A stretch of DNA of 64,000 bases from an uncultured Acidobacteriota bacterium (GTDB lineage Bacteria; Acidobacteriota; UBA6911), in NCBI GenBank assembly GCA_963843575.1, contig CAWJKZ010000011.1:96001-160000 (forward strand). The letters run 5' to 3'. The translations under genes and the position numbers were made by a program. Below the pieces are notes generated by a model, which was not told the DNA's origin, searched no databases, and saw nothing but the letters and a program-made list of their open reading frames with translations. Shown here one piece after another: positions 60,026-64,000 of this stretch. Position 1 is the first letter of the stretch. Each line of letters begins with the position of its first letter.

Positions 60026-61777
60026 GTGCAGAAGACCCTTGTTACACCACACGGCGGAACGCTCGTCGACCTCTTCGTCTCGAATGAGCGAGCTGCGGAT
60101 ACCGCGAGGGAATCGAAGTGTCTGCCCTCCTGGGTCCTGACGCCGCGGCAGCGGTGCGACCTCGAGTTGCTCATGAGCGGAGGGTTCTCGCCGCTGAAAG
60201 GATTCCTCAACCGGGAGGATTACCATTCGGTGCTCGAGACGATGCGCCTGGCGGATGGAACGCTCTGGCCGGTCCCTGTAGTGCTCGATATGCCAGAAGA
60301 GCACGCCTCGAGGCTCAGCAAGGGGGATCGGCTCGCCCTGCGCGACGACGAAGGCGTGATGCTCGGTATCCTCCACGTCGAGGAAGTGTGGCGCGCGGAT
60401 CGCCAATTGGAGGCGGAGAAAGTCTACGGCACGATAGATCCAGCCCACCCAGGTGTGCGGCACCTGCTGGAGAGTACGCACCCCGTATACGCGGGCGGCC
60501 GCGTCGAGGGGATCCACCCTCCTGCGCACTACGATTTCCGGACGCTCCGGCGCACGCCCGCCGAGATGCGCAGCGAATTCCAGCGGCTCGGCTGGCGGCG
60601 CGTCGTGGCCTTCCAGACGCGGAATCCTCTCCACCGGGCGCATTTCGAGCTGACATTGAGAGCCGCCAGGGAGTGCAACGCAAACCTCCTTATCCACCCG
60701 GTAGTGGGAATGACGAAACCGGGCGACCTCGATCACTACACGCGGGTCCGCTGCTACGAGGCGCTGATGCACCGTTATCCCCCGGGGACGGTGATGCTTT
60801 CGCTCCTGCCGCTCGCCATGCGGATGGCAGGCCCCCGGGAGGCAGTCTGGCACGCGATCATCCGCAAGAACTACGGCTGTACCCACTTCATCGTGGGACG
60901 CGACCACGCAGGACCCGGCGTCGACGGGGGCGGCAACAGGTTCTATGGCCACTACGATGCCCAGGAGCTGCTTCGAGCGCACGAAGCGGAGCTCGAGGTG
61001 CAGATGGTGCCGTTCCGCTCGATGGTCTACCTTGAAACCGAGGACCGGTACGTCTCCGAGGACGAAGTGCCCGAGGGCGCGCATGCCTCCAACATGTCGG
61101 GGACGGACCTCAAGCGCCGCCTCGCCGAGGGGCGCGACATCCCGGCATGGTTCACGTTCCCGGAGGTGGCGGCGGAACTCCAGAAGAGCCATCCTCCCCG
61201 CAGCCGCAGTGGGTTTACCGTGTTCTTCACCGGGCTGTCAGGCGCGGGCAAATCGACAATAGCTAACGTGCTCCTCGTGAAGTTGCTGGAAATGGGCGGC
61301 CGCCCGGTGACGCTCCTGGACGGCGACATCGTCAGGAAGAATCTCTCCTCCGAGCTCGGGTTCTCAAAGGAGCACCGCGACATCAACATCCGCCGGGTCG
61401 GATTCGTCGCGTCCGAGATCACGAAGAACGGCGGCATAGCAATCTGTGCCCCAATTGCCCCCTACGACAGGACGCGGCGCGACGTGAGGGCCGCCATCGA
61501 GCCGCTCGGCTGCTTCGTCCTCGTTTACGTGTCGACCCCGATCGAGGTATGTGAGCAGCGCGATCGCAAGGGGCTCTATGCGAAGGCGCACGCGGGCCTC
61601 ATCCCCGAGTTCACGGGGGTCTCGGATCCGTATGAGGCGCCGGCTGATGCGGACGTCGTCATCGACACGACCGACCTCACTCCCGAACAGGCTGCCGAGG
61701 AAGTGCTGCTGCACCTCAGGAATATAGGGTGTATAGGCACAATCACCCCGGCGGATCCGCGCGCATCCGCGTCCTGA
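60026..61777 (+). CDS. sat-cysC: Bifunctional sulfate adenylyltransferase/adenylylsulfate kinase
   Basis: FQTRNPLHRAH, HFIVGRDHAG, FTGLSGAGKST, LDGD, RDRKGLYAKA. Confidence 0.95.
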   Translation: MQKTLVTPHGGTLVDLFVSNERAADTARESKCLPSWVLTPRQRCDLELLMSGGFSPLKGFLNREDYHSVLETMRLADGTLWPVPVVLDMPEEHASRLSKGDRLALRDDEGVMLGILHVEEVWRADRQLEAEKVYGTIDPAHPGVRHLLESTHPVYAGGRVEGIHPPAHYDFRTLRRTPAEMRSEFQRLGWRRVVAFQTRNPLHRAHFELTLRAARECNANLLIHPVVGMTKPGDLDHYTRVRCYEALMHRYPPGTVMLSLLPLAMRMAGPREAVWHAIIRKNYGCTHFIVGRDHAGPGVDGGGNRFYGHYDAQELLRAHEAELEVQMVPFRSMVYLETEDRYVSEDEVPEGAHASNMSGTDLKRRLAEGRDIPAWFTFPEVAAELQKSHPPRSRSGFTVFFTGLSGAGKSTIANVLLVKLLEMGGRPVTLLDGDIVRKNLSSELGFSKEHRDINIRRVGFVASEITKNGGIAICAPIAPYDRTRRDVRAAIEPLGCFVLVYVSTPIEVCEQRDRKGLYAKAHAGLIPEFTGVSDPYEAPADADVVIDTTDLTPEQAAEEVLLHLRNIGCIGTITPADPRASAS

Positions 61778-61815
61778 AAAACAGGTTGTACTTGCGCTGC
61801 AATAGCGCGCAGGAA

Positions 61816-63231
61816 TTATTTCCTTCTCAGGAACCGGAAGGATAGAACGGCCGTGCTCGTCACGTTACGATCCCCGAATCTGGCCGGGACGAAAGTGCTT
61901 TGGCGCGCCGCGCTGATCGCGATGCTTGAGAGGTGGCGGAGCAGGGCATTTCCCGAAGCCAATGATTCGGCGCTCGTGACCGCGCCAAAGGCGTTAATCT
62001 TCACCCTGACATTGATCTGAACGGAATCAACGGTGAACGGATATAAGCTGTAGTAGAGGTCCGGCTGAATCAGACGGATCGGGCGCGGTGGAACCCCATC
62101 AAAGCCGGATACCTCTCCCCCCTGTGCCGGGCTAGGCCGGTCTCGCCAGCTCTCTTCGGTGAAGCCAACTGTCATTCCCTCCACGCCCCTTTTCGGACGT
62201 TTCATGCGCAACGGTGCGGCGGGTGAGGCGGCGCTGGTTCGTGAATTATCCCTCTGGAATTTGTCTTTGGCGCGCAGCAGGTTCTCTTTGCTAGTAGTCA
62301 TGCGATCCGGCTTGGAGAGTGCTGCCGTGGGGGCGAGTGGCTGTGAACCCATGGCCGGATCAGATCGTGGCACCAATTCGCTAATCTCTTCGGTGAGTGC
62401 GAGCGGCCTCGGTTTTTGTTGGACAGAACTCTTCTGCGAAGATTGCGGACGGGATTGCCTGGTCGAGATCAGGCGCCAGCAAGGGACTGCCGCGATGCAG
62501 AGTGCAAGTGCCCAGACCAGGGGCGAACGGCAGGCAGTTTGAATAGCCGCGCGTGGCATCTGTCTGAATCGGTTCTTTCCGGCTGCCGGACGGGAAGGGT
62601 CCTGAAGCATTCGAGGGCCAAGTTTTTCGGTGTCCAGCACGTCTGGATCGGAGGTTTGCTCCGGTTCGGACTGTTCAACGTTATCTGGAGGCTGCAATGC
62701 ATGTTCCGGGGAGTTAATGTAATCTCGGGATGCGGTTTCGGCGCCCGGACGGTTGGGAAATTGCACTTTTGTTTCGCTGGCTAGCAGTAGCTGTCGATCC
62801 ATTTCCCCCCATACAAAGACAGATCCGGTATTGCTCCCCTGAGATGTGCCTATCAAGAGAAGCATCGAGGCAGACTCGGGCAGGAATTCCCTCATGACCC
62901 GCAGATCGCGCTCGTCCGGCACCGGTTCTGCGCTGGAGGCGAGGCGATAATAGCCCAGAATTTCGAGTTGACCGGCTCGCCTTTGCAGCGAGGACGCGAA
63001 CGGTTTCCAAAATTGATCTCTATCCCGCACGAGCTTTCGGCCGAGTTGCGGAGCGTAGCTGAATACGATCGCAGCTCCCCCGTTACTCTGGCCCAGCAAG
63101 AGACCGCTTGGTTCCGACGGTCCCGGCGGGATCAATGCGCGCGAAATCTCCTTCTGCAAGGCCTCAATGAGGGCGAGATGCATGAACACCGTGAATTCCC
63201 GACCGGCGAAATGCAATTCGCAATACTGCAT
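61816..63231 (-). CDS. Hypothetical membrane protein: degenerate JAB/MPN-like N-terminus, TM segment, TonB C-terminal-like domain
   Basis: EPSGLLLG...ILGYYR...D; V.VKINAFGAVTSA...AISAARQSTFVPA...LSFRF. Confidence 0.6.
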   Translation of the reverse strand: MQYCELHFAGREFTVFMHLALIEALQKEISRALIPPGPSEPSGLLLGQSNGGAAIVFSYAPQLGRKLVRDRDQFWKPFASSLQRRAGQLEILGYYRLASSAEPVPDERDLRVMREFLPESASMLLLIGTSQGSNTGSVFVWGEMDRQLLLASETKVQFPNRPGAETASRDYINSPEHALQPPDNVEQSEPEQTSDPDVLDTEKLGPRMLQDPSRPAAGKNRFRQMPRAAIQTACRSPLVWALALCIAAVPCWRLISTRQSRPQSSQKSSVQQKPRPLALTEEISELVPRSDPAMGSQPLAPTAALSKPDRMTTSKENLLRAKDKFQRDNSRTSAASPAAPLRMKRPKRGVEGMTVGFTEESWRDRPSPAQGGEVSGFDGVPPRPIRLIQPDLYYSLYPFTVDSVQINVRVKINAFGAVTSAESLASGNALLRHLSSIAISAARQSTFVPARFGDRNVTSTAVLSFRFLRRK

Positions 63232-63618
63232 ATTTGGTGCTCCCGAGGCAAAGTCCTGGAGGGGGAATTGATACTACATGTTACCACAGCCAGAGCGACC
63301 CGTATGCCGCCGCGTAGCCAACAGCCCGAGGGACCGAGCTATGCAACTGATGCCAACGATCCTGTCCGGCAGAGCCGGTTGGACGCCAACACCACGGAAT
63401 CTGGCAATTCGGCTCTCGGGAGACGAGCGGGCGAGGGCAACACAGTGGGCAGCAACAATACGTTTCCGGGGTATTGGACCGGCAGGTACAACACGACCGG
63501 GAGTACCCACGTGTTTGTAGATTGCATGGACAGGCAAACACCTTCTTGCCAACACGTTCGCGACGACAGCGGGTCCAATTATCCGGAGGTGGTATGCTTT
63601 ACGAGAAAGGAGCAGCCC

Positions 63619-64000
63619 ATGTCAGCGACAACTAAGGTGAATCCTTCTGAAGAGACCATCACCATTGGTCCACTCAGCATCCGCTTCCTCCTCACCGGAG
63701 AGGACACCAACGGCAGCGTGTCTGTCTTCGAAGTCATGGTGCCCGCGGGACAGAAGTTGGCTGCCCCCGCCCACAAGAACGACGCCTACGAGGAGACCCT
63801 TTATGGCATCCAGGGCGTGGTGACCTGGACCATCGATGGCAACCCCATCGAGGTTGGCCCCGGTCAGGCTGTCTGCATTCCGCGGGGCGCCGTCCATCGG
63901 TTCGACAACTTCGGCACCCAAGACGCCAAGCAGCTTTCTATCATATCGCCGGCCATTATGAGTCCGGCCTATTTCCGCGAAGCGAGCGCAGTGTTGAATG
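63619..64000 (+). CDS. Cupin domain protein (partial, runs off the window)
   Basis: RBS AAGGAG; MSATTK...GEDTNGSVSVFE...PAHKNDAYEET...IPRGAVHRFDN. Confidence 0.85.
   Translation, partial: MSATTKVNPSEETITIGPLSIRFLLTGEDTNGSVSVFEVMVPAGQKLAAPAHKNDAYEETLYGIQGVVTWTIDGNPIEVGPGQAVCIPRGAVHRFDNFGTQDAKQLSIISPAIMSPAYFREASAVLN

Overview
GC-rich bacterial window, probably Acidobacteriota (two acidobacterial-type VWA paralogues, many Tat/Sec-exported carbohydrate enzymes). It has no rRNA, tRNA or CRISPR array and no intact transposase or integrase. Coding content: a nine-heme cytochrome c running off the left edge (absent from the ORF track), an amino acid permease, dhaK/dhaL, a phosphonopyruvate hydrolase + NAD(P) dehydrogenase + GlpT-type antiporter operon, a Cys-motif membrane protein/ABC exporter/PQQ-propeller operon, MBL and Kelch proteins, sugar isomerases, epimerases and glycosidases, two stand-alone NRPS-like proteins (A-T-TE and A-T), a sulfotransferase next to sat-cysC, and several gene remnants. 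Several genes are split by frameshifts, most likely assembly indels. The most notable non-coding signal is a 104-bp AT-rich element present in 7 copies. Its internal sequence is highly divergent but its geometry is nearly invariant: GGGGACGGACC-N55-CTTAT-N28-ATAAG. Three further families of palindromic intergenic repeats are present, some nested. All protein family calls come from recognising motifs by eye, not from database searches.
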